Assembly: GCA_964646505.1 (NCBI GenBank) | Contig: CAZYEQ010000001.1 | Location: 1,713-45,064, forward strand | From: an uncultured Gammaproteobacteria bacterium | Lineage (GTDB): Bacteria > Patescibacteriota > Patescibacteriia > Magasanikbacterales > UBA922 | Length of the DNA: 43,352 nucleotides | Direction: 5' to 3' | In this document: positions 11,279 to 18,629 of the stretch, in pieces | How the letters are laid out: each line of letters starts with the position of its first letter | How positions within the stretch are numbered: the first letter of the stretch is position 1 | Position numbers and translations under genes: made by a program | Notes under the pieces: model-generated | What the model was told of the DNA's origin: nothing | Seen by the model: the letters and a program-made list of their open reading frames with translations, nothing else | Databases searched by the model: none

Positions 11279-11307
11279 ACTCTACGAGAGAATGTGGAAG
11301 ATGTCAA
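11279..11307 (-). promoter_or_regulatory. sigma70-type promoter for the ileS leader (TTGACA-N17-TAGAGT)
   Basis: Minus-strand read is TTGACAtcttccacattctctcgTAGAGT, directly after the upstream terminator. Confidence 0.5.
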
Positions 11308-11351
11308 GAAAAAAAAGAAGCGCCGGCCGGAAGGTGAGTTCCGGTCGGCGC
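11308..11351 (-). terminator. strong rho-independent terminator
   Basis: 13-bp GC-rich stem GCGCCGACCGGAA-cucacc-UUCCGGCCGGCGC with one mismatch, followed by UUCUUUUUUUU. Confidence 0.7.
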
Positions 11352-11383
11352 CGTACGTGTTCTCGAGCAGATGGTCCAGGGCC

Positions 11384-11701
11384 TCACTTCCCAGCAGTCG
11401 AACCGTCTCCTCCATCGCTCGTAGGCGGGTCAGCGGGCGAAATAGGCGTCTCTTGTTCTACCTGCGCCCCCCTGAGCTCATCTCTCACCTCGATGAGAGT
11501 CTCGAGCACTGGGGGCATGAACAGGTACCGAACCAGACCGGAGCCTGCAGCCGAAGATGCTTGGGTGGCGAAATAGCCGAGCGCCTCCCGTAACGCTGCC
11601 TGTTCTCGACTGAGTGCTTCTCCGGTCGTGGAGCGGATCTCGCGAGCTGCCTTGGTCAGTGCTGCCGCTATTCGCGGTTTTTCATCTTTCTTATCTGCCA
11701 A
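11384..11701 (-). CDS. small hypothetical protein (~105 aa, Ala/Glu-rich), start uncertain
   Basis: The in-frame TTG at 11701 follows an AGGA-rich leader. The gene is bracketed by its own promoter (11729-11757) and the terminator at 11308-11351. The track ORF extends to 11830, but that part overlaps the promoters. Confidence 0.45.
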   Translation of the reverse strand: MADKKDEKPRIAAALTKAAREIRSTTGEALSREQAALREALGYFATQASSAAGSGLVRYLFMPPVLETLIEVRDELRGAQVEQETPISPADPPTSDGGDGSTAGK

Positions 11702-11728
11702 TTTCTTTCCTTTTTCTCCTTCTCCTTT

Positions 11729-11757
11729 CTTATAGAGAAAAAAATGCCAATTGTCAA
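11729..11757 (-). promoter_or_regulatory. sigma70-type promoter (TTGACA-N17-TATAAG)
   Basis: Minus-strand read is TTGACAattggcatttttttctcTATAAG, followed by AAAGGAGAAGGAGAAAAAGGAAAG. Confidence 0.45.
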
Positions 11758-11780
11758 CAATTTTCACAAAAAACACTCCT

Positions 11781-11809
11781 TTGTTTTCCGAAACACACCC
11801 TGCTATACT
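11781..11809 (+). promoter_or_regulatory. promoter for rpiB (TTGTTT-N17-TATACT with TGn extended -10)
   Basis: TTGTTTtccgaaacacaccctgcTATACT, with ATG 11838 lying 28 nt downstream. Confidence 0.4.
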
Positions 11810-11837
11810 ACCGACAGATATTACAAACACCCATACT

Positions 11838-12278
11838 ATGCTCTATATTGCCTCTGATCATGGCGGCTATCACCTCAAAAAACGCCTCGTGCGTTACCTC
11901 GAAAATGAACTTCATGTTGAGGTGACTGACCTTGGCCCAACCGAATACGCTGAAGACGACGACTACCCTGATTTTGCGATTCCTCTTGCCGAAAAAGTAG
12001 CCGAGGGTACGAAAGATAAAGGCATTCTTATTTGTAAAAATGGTATTGGCGTATGTATGGCCGCTAATAAAGTAAAAGGAATTCGGGCCGGCCTCGGGTA
12101 CAACCTTATGGCAGCCGAAACGATGCGCACCGACGATAACACCAACGTGCTTTGTTTAGCAGCTAAACTTGGCTCAGAGGAACATGCGATGGCGATTGTC
12201 AAAACCTGGCTCGCGACCAATTTTAGCGAAGAGGAACGCCATGTACGTCGCCTTAAAAAAGTCGCTGAACTTGAATAA
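11838..12278 (+). CDS. rpiB: ribose-5-phosphate isomerase B
   Basis: MLYIASDHGGYHLKK start, CKNGIGVCMAANK, and a C-terminal FSEEERHVRRL. I prefer start 11838 over track start 11751. Confidence 0.9.
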   Translation: MLYIASDHGGYHLKKRLVRYLENELHVEVTDLGPTEYAEDDDYPDFAIPLAEKVAEGTKDKGILICKNGIGVCMAANKVKGIRAGLGYNLMAAETMRTDDNTNVLCLAAKLGSEEHAMAIVKTWLATNFSEEERHVRRLKKVAELE

Positions 12279-12290
12279 CTCTACCGATAT

Positions 12291-12938
12291 ATGGTTGAGC
12301 TGATTCCCTCGATTTTAACATTCGATAAAGCCGCGTTTGAACGGTGTGTGCTTGGGGTAAAAGGACTCGTGCGTACCGTGCAAGTCGACCTAGCAGACGG
12401 TGTATTTACCGCGCAAAAAACCTGGGCCTACGGCCACGCCATCGAAGCCATGAGTTTCCTCAAAGGATTTGACGTCGAACTTCACCTCATGACGACACAC
12501 CCCATTGATGATCTCGCGAACTGGGCTCATCTTGCGCGAGCGGTTCGCGTGCTTATGCATATTGAAACCCTTACGAACCCGAAAGAAGATATTGAACGCG
12601 CCAAAATGTATGGCCTCCCCGTGCACATCGTTTTGAACCCTGATACTCCGCTCGACACCCTTGAACCTCTCATTCCGCATATTTCCGGTATTATGCTGAT
12701 GGGCGTCACCCCAGGTGCCCAGGGCCAACCGTTTGATGAAGCTACTCTTGATCGCGTCAAAGAACTTCGTAGCCGTTACCGAACGCTCCGCATTGCCGTT
12801 GATGGTGGAGTAAACGAATACACTCTCCCTCTTCTTGTGAAAGCCGGTGTGTCGGCCGTATGCCCCGGGAGTGCCGTATTTGGCAATAATAAACGCCCCG
12901 AAGAAAACCTTGCCACCCTTCAGGCTCTGTGTGGTTGA
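12291..12938 (+). CDS. rpe: ribulose-phosphate 3-epimerase family protein
   Basis: 215 aa. IPSIL, VDLADGVF, HLM, MGVTPGAQGQPF and VDGGV are TIM-barrel epimerase motifs. The gene sits next to rpiB. Confidence 0.8.
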   Translation: MVELIPSILTFDKAAFERCVLGVKGLVRTVQVDLADGVFTAQKTWAYGHAIEAMSFLKGFDVELHLMTTHPIDDLANWAHLARAVRVLMHIETLTNPKEDIERAKMYGLPVHIVLNPDTPLDTLEPLIPHISGIMLMGVTPGAQGQPFDEATLDRVKELRSRYRTLRIAVDGGVNEYTLPLLVKAGVSAVCPGSAVFGNNKRPEENLATLQALCG

Positions 12939-12983
12939 CCTCGCTCTAACCACTTGTTACCATACCCTCACTTATTTCTTCTT

Positions 12984-13952
12984 ATGACTGACAAACAATT
13001 ATACGATGTTGTTATTATTGGAGCAGCTGCGGTTGGCTCTGCGGCAGCGGTGTATGCCGCGCGACGGGGGCTGAACGCGGTCATTGTCACGAAAGACATT
13101 GGTGGCGAAGTAGCTCTTTCAGGTGACGTAGAAAACTGGCCTGGTACCATACACACGACCGGTGTTGAGCTTGCACAAATGTTTCATAAACATGTTGAGT
13201 CGTACAACGTACCGATAAAAAACGGCCTCGCCGTAGAATCGATCACTCAAGAAGGAAATGTGCATATGGTGACGACCAAAAACTATAACGGTGAAACCGA
13301 AATCTTCCGCACCAAAACCGTCGTGATCGGCAGTGGTATTCACCCTCGTGAAATGGGCGTTCCCGGCGAAAAAGAATTGAAGGGTAAAGGCGTAACCTAC
13401 TGCACGGTGTGTGACGGCCCGCTGTATCGCAATAAAATTACAACAACCATTGGAGCCGGTAACTCAGGGCTTGAATCAGCTCTTATGATGAGCGACCTCG
13501 CGAAACAGGTGTACCTTATTACCAAATACCCAGACACCGCAGAAACCAAAGGTGGTTTTCCACGCGGCGAAAGCATACTCGTAGAAAAAATTAAAGCCCG
13601 GCCAAACGTCACCATTATTTACAACGCCAACACAACCGACATTTTAGGAACTGAGGCAGTAGAAGGCGTGCGCTACAAAGACACGGTGACCGGCGAAACC
13701 AAAGACATTACCACAAATGGAGTGATGGTTCATGTGGGCATGGTTCCAAATAGTAGTTTTGTACCAGACCTCAAAAAAAATCAACAAGGGGAAATTGAAA
13801 TTAACTTGCGTTGCGAAACCAATGTGCCGGGTATTTTCGCGGCGGGTGATGTCACATCGGTGCCCTACAAACAAATTGTGATTGCGGCTGGCACGGGTGT
13901 TATTGCCATGTTATCAGCCATTGATTACATCAACCGCTGGAAAGCGGCGTAA
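12984..13952 (+). CDS. trxB: thioredoxin-disulfide reductase
   Basis: YDVVIIGAAAVGSAAAVYAARRG (FAD), redox CTVC, GAGNSGLE (NADPH) and FAAGDV. I used ATG 12984 rather than the TTG at 12954. Confidence 0.9.
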   Translation: MTDKQLYDVVIIGAAAVGSAAAVYAARRGLNAVIVTKDIGGEVALSGDVENWPGTIHTTGVELAQMFHKHVESYNVPIKNGLAVESITQEGNVHMVTTKNYNGETEIFRTKTVVIGSGIHPREMGVPGEKELKGKGVTYCTVCDGPLYRNKITTTIGAGNSGLESALMMSDLAKQVYLITKYPDTAETKGGFPRGESILVEKIKARPNVTIIYNANTTDILGTEAVEGVRYKDTVTGETKDITTNGVMVHVGMVPNSSFVPDLKKNQQGEIEINLRCETNVPGIFAAGDVTSVPYKQIVIAAGTGVIAMLSAIDYINRWKAA

Positions 13953-13963
13953 CCCTTCGCTAT

Positions 13964-14251
13964 ATGCTATTAACGCATATTCTCCCCTCTCTCCCCAGCA
14001 CGCTCACCGAAACTTTGGTCTATATTGTTGGGATGCTTGGTACCATTCTTTTAGCCTATAGCGTATTTGTGGAGCGTGAATTTCGGTCTGACGTGATTCG
14101 TTTTGTTGGTTCTGCCTGTCTCATTGTCTATACATTATTTATTGGAAACATATTTCTCACCACTACCTTTGCCGCACTCGGGCTAGCGTCGCTTGTTGAG
14201 GCAATTGAGATTCATCTTGGGCTTCTAAAAAACCCTGAGGTTCGCCATTGA
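13964..14251 (+). CDS. small 3-TM membrane protein (95 aa), hypothetical
   Basis: Three hydrophobic segments. The gene is tightly placed between trxB and the ATP-grasp gene. Confidence 0.5.
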   Translation: MLLTHILPSLPSTLTETLVYIVGMLGTILLAYSVFVEREFRSDVIRFVGSACLIVYTLFIGNIFLTTTFAALGLASLVEAIEIHLGLLKNPEVRH

Positions 14252-14298
14252 CATTTTTCTTCTTTTAGGCTACCCTTTGCCTATCTTTTTCCATATAT

Positions 14299-15597
14299 AT
14301 GAGCCGCAAACGCTCTTCTTCTGTTCCAAAAAAAGATATTATCCTTTTTGTAGGACGTGTTTTTCCACACATGATTCATGCGATTAGACAGTGGGAAAGG
14401 GAACATAAACGATCATTTCGGATTGCGCTACTACGGGACACAAGAGATCGGGGTACGGCAAAAGGAACCAAGGGGGCAAAATTAACTGATATTATTCTCG
14501 AATGTGATACCTTTTCGCCAACAGAGATTCAAAAAATCCTCTTACCTTACGAACACGAACTTGTAGCTATTTCTGTTCGCGGTGAAGACCACGTTTCTTT
14601 GTTTTCTCGAGTTGTTCCACACGTTCCATATCTGCGCACACCAACGAGCGAATCTCTTGTTTGGTCATCTAACAAACTTCTCATGCGTCGCCGCATGCGT
14701 ATTTACAATCCTAAAATTACCCCAAAATACACAGTCGTTAACGATTCATCCAATGCCTCTCTTAAAAAAATTGAAGAAAAAATAGGCTTCCCCCTAATGG
14801 TAAAACCAACAGGTTTAGCCGCAAGCAGGCTCGTGACGCTTTGTTTTCACAAAGAAGAACTAAAAAGTACACTAAAAAAAGTTTTTCGTCATATTAAGGG
14901 TGTATACAAAAAAACAGGTGGAAACTGGGTACCAAATGTTCTCGTTGAACAATTTATGGAGGGCGATATGTACTCGGTCGATGCGTATATTTCGGCACGA
15001 GGAAAAGTATATTTTTGCCCCATGGTACATATTACTACGGGAAAATCCGTTGGGTTTGAAGATTTTTTTGGATACAAACAAATGACCCCGACTTCGCTTT
15101 CTAAAAAAAGTGTGACGGCAGGAGAAGGTGTCGCAAGAGAGGCGGTACATGCGCTTGCGCTTCGTTCTACAGTTGCGCACATTGAACTATTGAAGACAGA
15201 GGGGGGATGGAAAATCATCGAGGTTGCTGCTCGTATCGGTGGATTCCGTCACAGATTATACGAAAAGTCTTATGGTTTTAATCACCATATGAACGATATC
15301 CTTGTTCGAATGGGCGAAAAACCTGTAGTCTCACGAAAGATTAAGGGATATAGTATTGCCATGAAATTTTTTGCCAAAAAGGAAGGAAAGCTCAGGAGCG
15401 TTCTCGGCATAAAAAATATTCAAAAACTAAATTCGTTTGAAAAAATCATGTTGAACAAAAAAATAGGCGAGTTTTGTCGATTCGCCCAGAACGGAGGAAG
15501 TAGTATTTTTGATATTATCCTTTTTAATAAAACAAAAGAGCTCCTTCTCGCTGACGTACGTCGACTTGAAAAGACTGTGAAAATTAGAGTGTCGTAA
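14299..15597 (+). CDS. ATP-grasp domain protein (amino-acid/peptide ligase-like)
   Basis: 432 aa. IGFPLMVKPTGLAASR, LVEQFMEGDMYSVDAY and IEVAARIGG match the ATP-grasp core layout. Confidence 0.7.
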   Translation: MSRKRSSSVPKKDIILFVGRVFPHMIHAIRQWEREHKRSFRIALLRDTRDRGTAKGTKGAKLTDIILECDTFSPTEIQKILLPYEHELVAISVRGEDHVSLFSRVVPHVPYLRTPTSESLVWSSNKLLMRRRMRIYNPKITPKYTVVNDSSNASLKKIEEKIGFPLMVKPTGLAASRLVTLCFHKEELKSTLKKVFRHIKGVYKKTGGNWVPNVLVEQFMEGDMYSVDAYISARGKVYFCPMVHITTGKSVGFEDFFGYKQMTPTSLSKKSVTAGEGVAREAVHALALRSTVAHIELLKTEGGWKIIEVAARIGGFRHRLYEKSYGFNHHMNDILVRMGEKPVVSRKIKGYSIAMKFFAKKEGKLRSVLGIKNIQKLNSFEKIMLNKKIGEFCRFAQNGGSSIFDIILFNKTKELLLADVRRLEKTVKIRVS

Positions 15598-15600
15598 TGT

Positions 15601-16410
15601 ATGGACTTACACCAAATCCACCCCTCGCACATTCGATGGGAATTACCCTATAGCACCCTGCACGATCCGGCGTTTTTTCATTCTAAAATTGCAAAAAATA
15701 GTGAAAAAACTCAAAAAATACTTACTGATCTGGGATATTCTATCTGTGTTGAAAATCTTACCGATGAACTCCTTGGTCAATTCGTTTTGCTATACAACCA
15801 ATTTCTTGAACAAAAACCAAGAGGCACCATATTTCCCATTAAAGAACGAATCGAGGAGGGTAAAAAAAATGGGATCGTATATACTATTTTATCTTTTTAC
15901 AATATTAAAAAAAATCTTATTGGTGGTATCATTGTGTCAGAAAATAGAGAGACCAATTTTATCACCACAAACTACAAGGTGCTCCCCCATGAACTGCCAG
16001 AACGAAAACGATTTCCCGAAAGTATTGCCTACGTATTTACGTATCTCTTTTACCGAATAGCGTTTGAAAAAAAAATAACGCATATTTCACACGGCAGAGA
16101 CCGTAACCCGTATGGCTTTTACTCAAATATTGGTCTTGGGCTTTTTAAAATGCGGTCGGGTGTCAAACCCTATGTTGCGAAACAAGAAAAAGTTACTTTT
16201 TCTGACAAAGTACAATATGTAAGCGGGGAAGACATGCTTGTTTGGCTTGGCGACACGCCAGGCACACCTATCACCAAAGCTATCCTCATCACCAAACTTA
16301 CGCCTGAAGAAGCGAAAGAAAAATATAAACCCCTCTTTTTGTTACATGATGTACACGTAGACATTTGGGACCATGCTACCTACACAAACCTTTTACACAC
16401 GAACAAGTAG
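15601..16410 (+). CDS. hypothetical protein, possibly FemAB/Acetyltransf_6-like GNAT fold
   Basis: 269 aa. The C-terminal half (ISHGRDRNPYGFYSNIGLGLFKMRSGVKP) recalls the G-x-x-x-FK-x-x-G ending of Fem/CelD-like acyltransferases. This resemblance is weak and by eye only. Confidence 0.4.
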   Translation: MDLHQIHPSHIRWELPYSTLHDPAFFHSKIAKNSEKTQKILTDLGYSICVENLTDELLGQFVLLYNQFLEQKPRGTIFPIKERIEEGKKNGIVYTILSFYNIKKNLIGGIIVSENRETNFITTNYKVLPHELPERKRFPESIAYVFTYLFYRIAFEKKITHISHGRDRNPYGFYSNIGLGLFKMRSGVKPYVAKQEKVTFSDKVQYVSGEDMLVWLGDTPGTPITKAILITKLTPEEAKEKYKPLFLLHDVHVDIWDHATYTNLLHTNK

Positions 16411-16420
16411 CCCGAGTACT

Positions 16421-17335
16421 ATGGTCATCCACCTCCTCACCTTCAGTAACGCCAACCATCCAAGCCAAGTGACCAGTCGCGAGCTTGAGATGTTTCAAAG
16501 CGCGGCAAAAACACTGGGGCACTCCCTCGACATCGTGTACGCGCGCAACTGCGAGCTCCACTTTGGACATCCGCTTGGCATGCACCACAACGGCACACCA
16601 CTTCCGCCTATCACTGTTCTTATCGTGCGCCCTAATTTTCTTGATACTGACCCAGAATATTTCAGCGCTACCATTCGCCAATTTGAACTTCTCGGTATCC
16701 CCCTTGTCAACACTGCTTCCGCGGTAGCGTGTACCAAAAACAAGGTTCGCATGCTGCAAACTCTTGCCGAACACGGGATACCTATACCAAACACTGTCGC
16801 GGTGCGATCAAGTGAGCACCTTGAAACAATCATACAAAACATCGGACCGTTCCCTGTTGTTATCAAATCTGCCTCGGGGTCTCACGGCGCGGGTGTATCT
16901 ATTATTGAAAGTAAACGAGGACTTCGTTCAGCTATTGAAATGATGGTGAAAAGCGAATATTCTGCGCCCCTTCTGGTACAGTCTTACCTCAAAGACAGTA
17001 AAGGGCGAGATATTCGTATATTTGTGGTTGGCAACCGTGTAATCGGTGCCATGGAACGTAAAGCCGGGAAACGTGGCGAATTTCGTTCCAATATCAAACT
17101 CGGTGGGACAGCAGAGGCAGTACGGCTCACACCACAAGAAGAAGCTCTGGCCCTTCGCGCTACACACGCTCTTGGACTTGATATTGCGGGCGTAGACCTC
17201 GTTCGCACCAAAGAGGGGTCATGTATTCTTGAAGTAAACAGTAACCCAGGTATCGAGGGCATATCAACCGCTCTGCAAAAAAATATCGCCGAGGATATTG
17301 TAACGTTTGTAATACAAAAAATTTCCCGTTTCTAG
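16421..17335 (+). CDS. RimK-family ATP-grasp ligase (alpha-L-glutamate ligase-like)
   Basis: PVVIKSASGSHGAGV, LLVQSYLKDSKGRDIRIFVVG, FRSNIKLGG and ILEVNSNPGIEG. ATG 16421 avoids overlap with the upstream gene. Confidence 0.85.
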   Translation: MVIHLLTFSNANHPSQVTSRELEMFQSAAKTLGHSLDIVYARNCELHFGHPLGMHHNGTPLPPITVLIVRPNFLDTDPEYFSATIRQFELLGIPLVNTASAVACTKNKVRMLQTLAEHGIPIPNTVAVRSSEHLETIIQNIGPFPVVIKSASGSHGAGVSIIESKRGLRSAIEMMVKSEYSAPLLVQSYLKDSKGRDIRIFVVGNRVIGAMERKAGKRGEFRSNIKLGGTAEAVRLTPQEEALALRATHALGLDIAGVDLVRTKEGSCILEVNSNPGIEGISTALQKNIAEDIVTFVIQKISRF

Positions 17336-17359
17336 GGAAAATGTTGCGCACCGTACATA

Positions 17360-18070
17360 TTACGACCGGTGGCGACGGTGGATGACTTTTTCTTTCTTTC
17401 GACCCACAAAATGCTCTTCGGCCAAACACACGGCTTCGTACCTGGTTTCCTGCTCTAAAAGACAAAGTCCTGACTCAAATGAATAAATTTGCGCGCGAAT
17501 TTCTGTTGCAAGTTCCGGATGCTCTTGTTCCGCGTCAGCAGTGGCTCGCAAACTTTCCAATCGACGTTCAATATCAAGTAAAATGGTGGCAAACTCTTGT
17601 ACACGAGCGCGGTATCGTGGTTTTTCTGTGCTCACTACAGCCTGCATTGCGAATGCGCGTACATCTTGGAGCACTTGTGGAAGTACACTACAAAGTACAC
17701 CTCTCTCTTCACTAGAAAAAAATAAAGCGGGTTTTCCGATACACAGTTCACGAAAACTTCCGCCGTATGCTAAAAATTCTTGGTAACGTTTTTTCATGGT
17801 CGACGTAAGCTTGCCGAGCAAATACATTTCCCCCATTTCTCCCTCGTATTGGAGGGTAAACTCGTAAAATGCCTTACGATACGGCCAAAGTTTTTTTCCA
17901 AAAGAAAGCGCAACCGCTTCTACCTCCTTAAGCGATACATGCTGATTCCCCTTTACCTCATGTATGGCCGCGGCCATATCGGCAATAACCGAAGCAGGCA
18001 CCAAGGGAGGCATGCGTTGATATAATAATTCTAGAATATCTACCGTGTGTTGAATAGCTACACTTTCCAT
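17360..18070 (-). CDS. hypothetical helical protein (~236 aa)
   Basis: Long ORF convergent with the RimK-like gene. I recognise no motif. The start could be 18070 or 18088. Confidence 0.6.
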   Translation of the reverse strand: MESVAIQHTVDILELLYQRMPPLVPASVIADMAAAIHEVKGNQHVSLKEVEAVALSFGKKLWPYRKAFYEFTLQYEGEMGEMYLLGKLTSTMKKRYQEFLAYGGSFRELCIGKPALFFSSEERGVLCSVLPQVLQDVRAFAMQAVVSTEKPRYRARVQEFATILLDIERRLESLRATADAEQEHPELATEIRAQIYSFESGLCLLEQETRYEAVCLAEEHFVGRKKEKVIHRRHRS

Positions 18071-18099
18071 ATGAAAAAAGTATAGCACTCTTTTTATAT

Positions 18100-18567
18100 T
18101 TACTGAAGTCGCTCTCGTAACACGGCCATCGCGATACCCGCGGCCACGCTCACATTCAAGCTTTCTTTGCGACCATACATAGGAATGTGCACCACGCTAT
18201 CAGAAAGAGAACGAAGTTCATCACCAACACCGTCGACTTCATTTCCCACAATAAGAAGGAGTGGTGTCTTTATTTCGGCAGTGAACACGCTCTCACTTAC
18301 ATCTGTTTTTTCGAGTGACACCACGTATACCCCTTTATTTTTCTCGCTACGCACAAAATCACTGGCAGATACTATCTTTTCCCATGGGACAGTTTTTTCT
18401 GCGCCTAATGACACCTTATCGATTTGAGGCTTGGGTGGCGTAGCCGTATACCCCGCCAAATACAGCGGTTGTACGCCACAGGCATCGGCCGAACGAAACA
18501 TCGCACCAACATTGTGGCACGATCGAATATCTGGCAAAAGAAGACGAATATCAGGGGGCTTTTTCAT
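18100..18567 (-). CDS. SpoU/TrmH-family RNA 2'-O-methyltransferase
   Basis: 155 aa. SPOUT motifs: HNVGAMFRSADACG, LLIVGNEVDGV and IPMYGRKESLNVSVAAGIA. Confidence 0.85.
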   Translation of the reverse strand: MKKPPDIRLLLPDIRSCHNVGAMFRSADACGVQPLYLAGYTATPPKPQIDKVSLGAEKTVPWEKIVSASDFVRSEKNKGVYVVSLEKTDVSESVFTAEIKTPLLLIVGNEVDGVGDELRSLSDSVVHIPMYGRKESLNVSVAAGIAMAVLRERLQ

Positions 18568-18576
18568 AATCGTCTC

Positions 18577-18605
18577 ATTGTAGAAAAAAACGTACGAAAA
18601 AGCAA
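18577..18605 (-). promoter_or_regulatory. promoter (TTGCTT-N17-TACAAT) 9 nt from the ATG
   Basis: Minus-strand read is TTGCTTtttcgtacgtttttttcTACAATgagacgattATG. The -35 box overlaps the preceding terminator stem. Confidence 0.4.
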
Positions 18606-18621
18606 CCCTTTCGGGTTGCTT
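18596..18621 (-). terminator. rho-independent terminator
   Basis: AAGCAACCC-gaaa-GGGTTGCTT followed by TTTT on the minus strand, just after the stop at 18630. Confidence 0.65.
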
Positions 18622-18629
18622 TATATATT

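Noticed and set aside
11197-11415. The 72-aa minus-strand ORF and the plus-strand ORFs 11292-11576 and 11294-11593.
   Set aside because: The 72-aa ORF spans the terminator, the promoter and the T-box leader. The plus-strand ORFs are Arg-rich antisense shadows of the GC-rich small gene and have no expression signals.
13964-17335. Calling the ATP-grasp/GNAT-like cassette a microviridin-type graspetide gene cluster.
   Set aside because: No plausible precursor-peptide ORF or exporter is present, and the third gene looks like a genuine RimK. I keep it only as one hypothesis within the finding.
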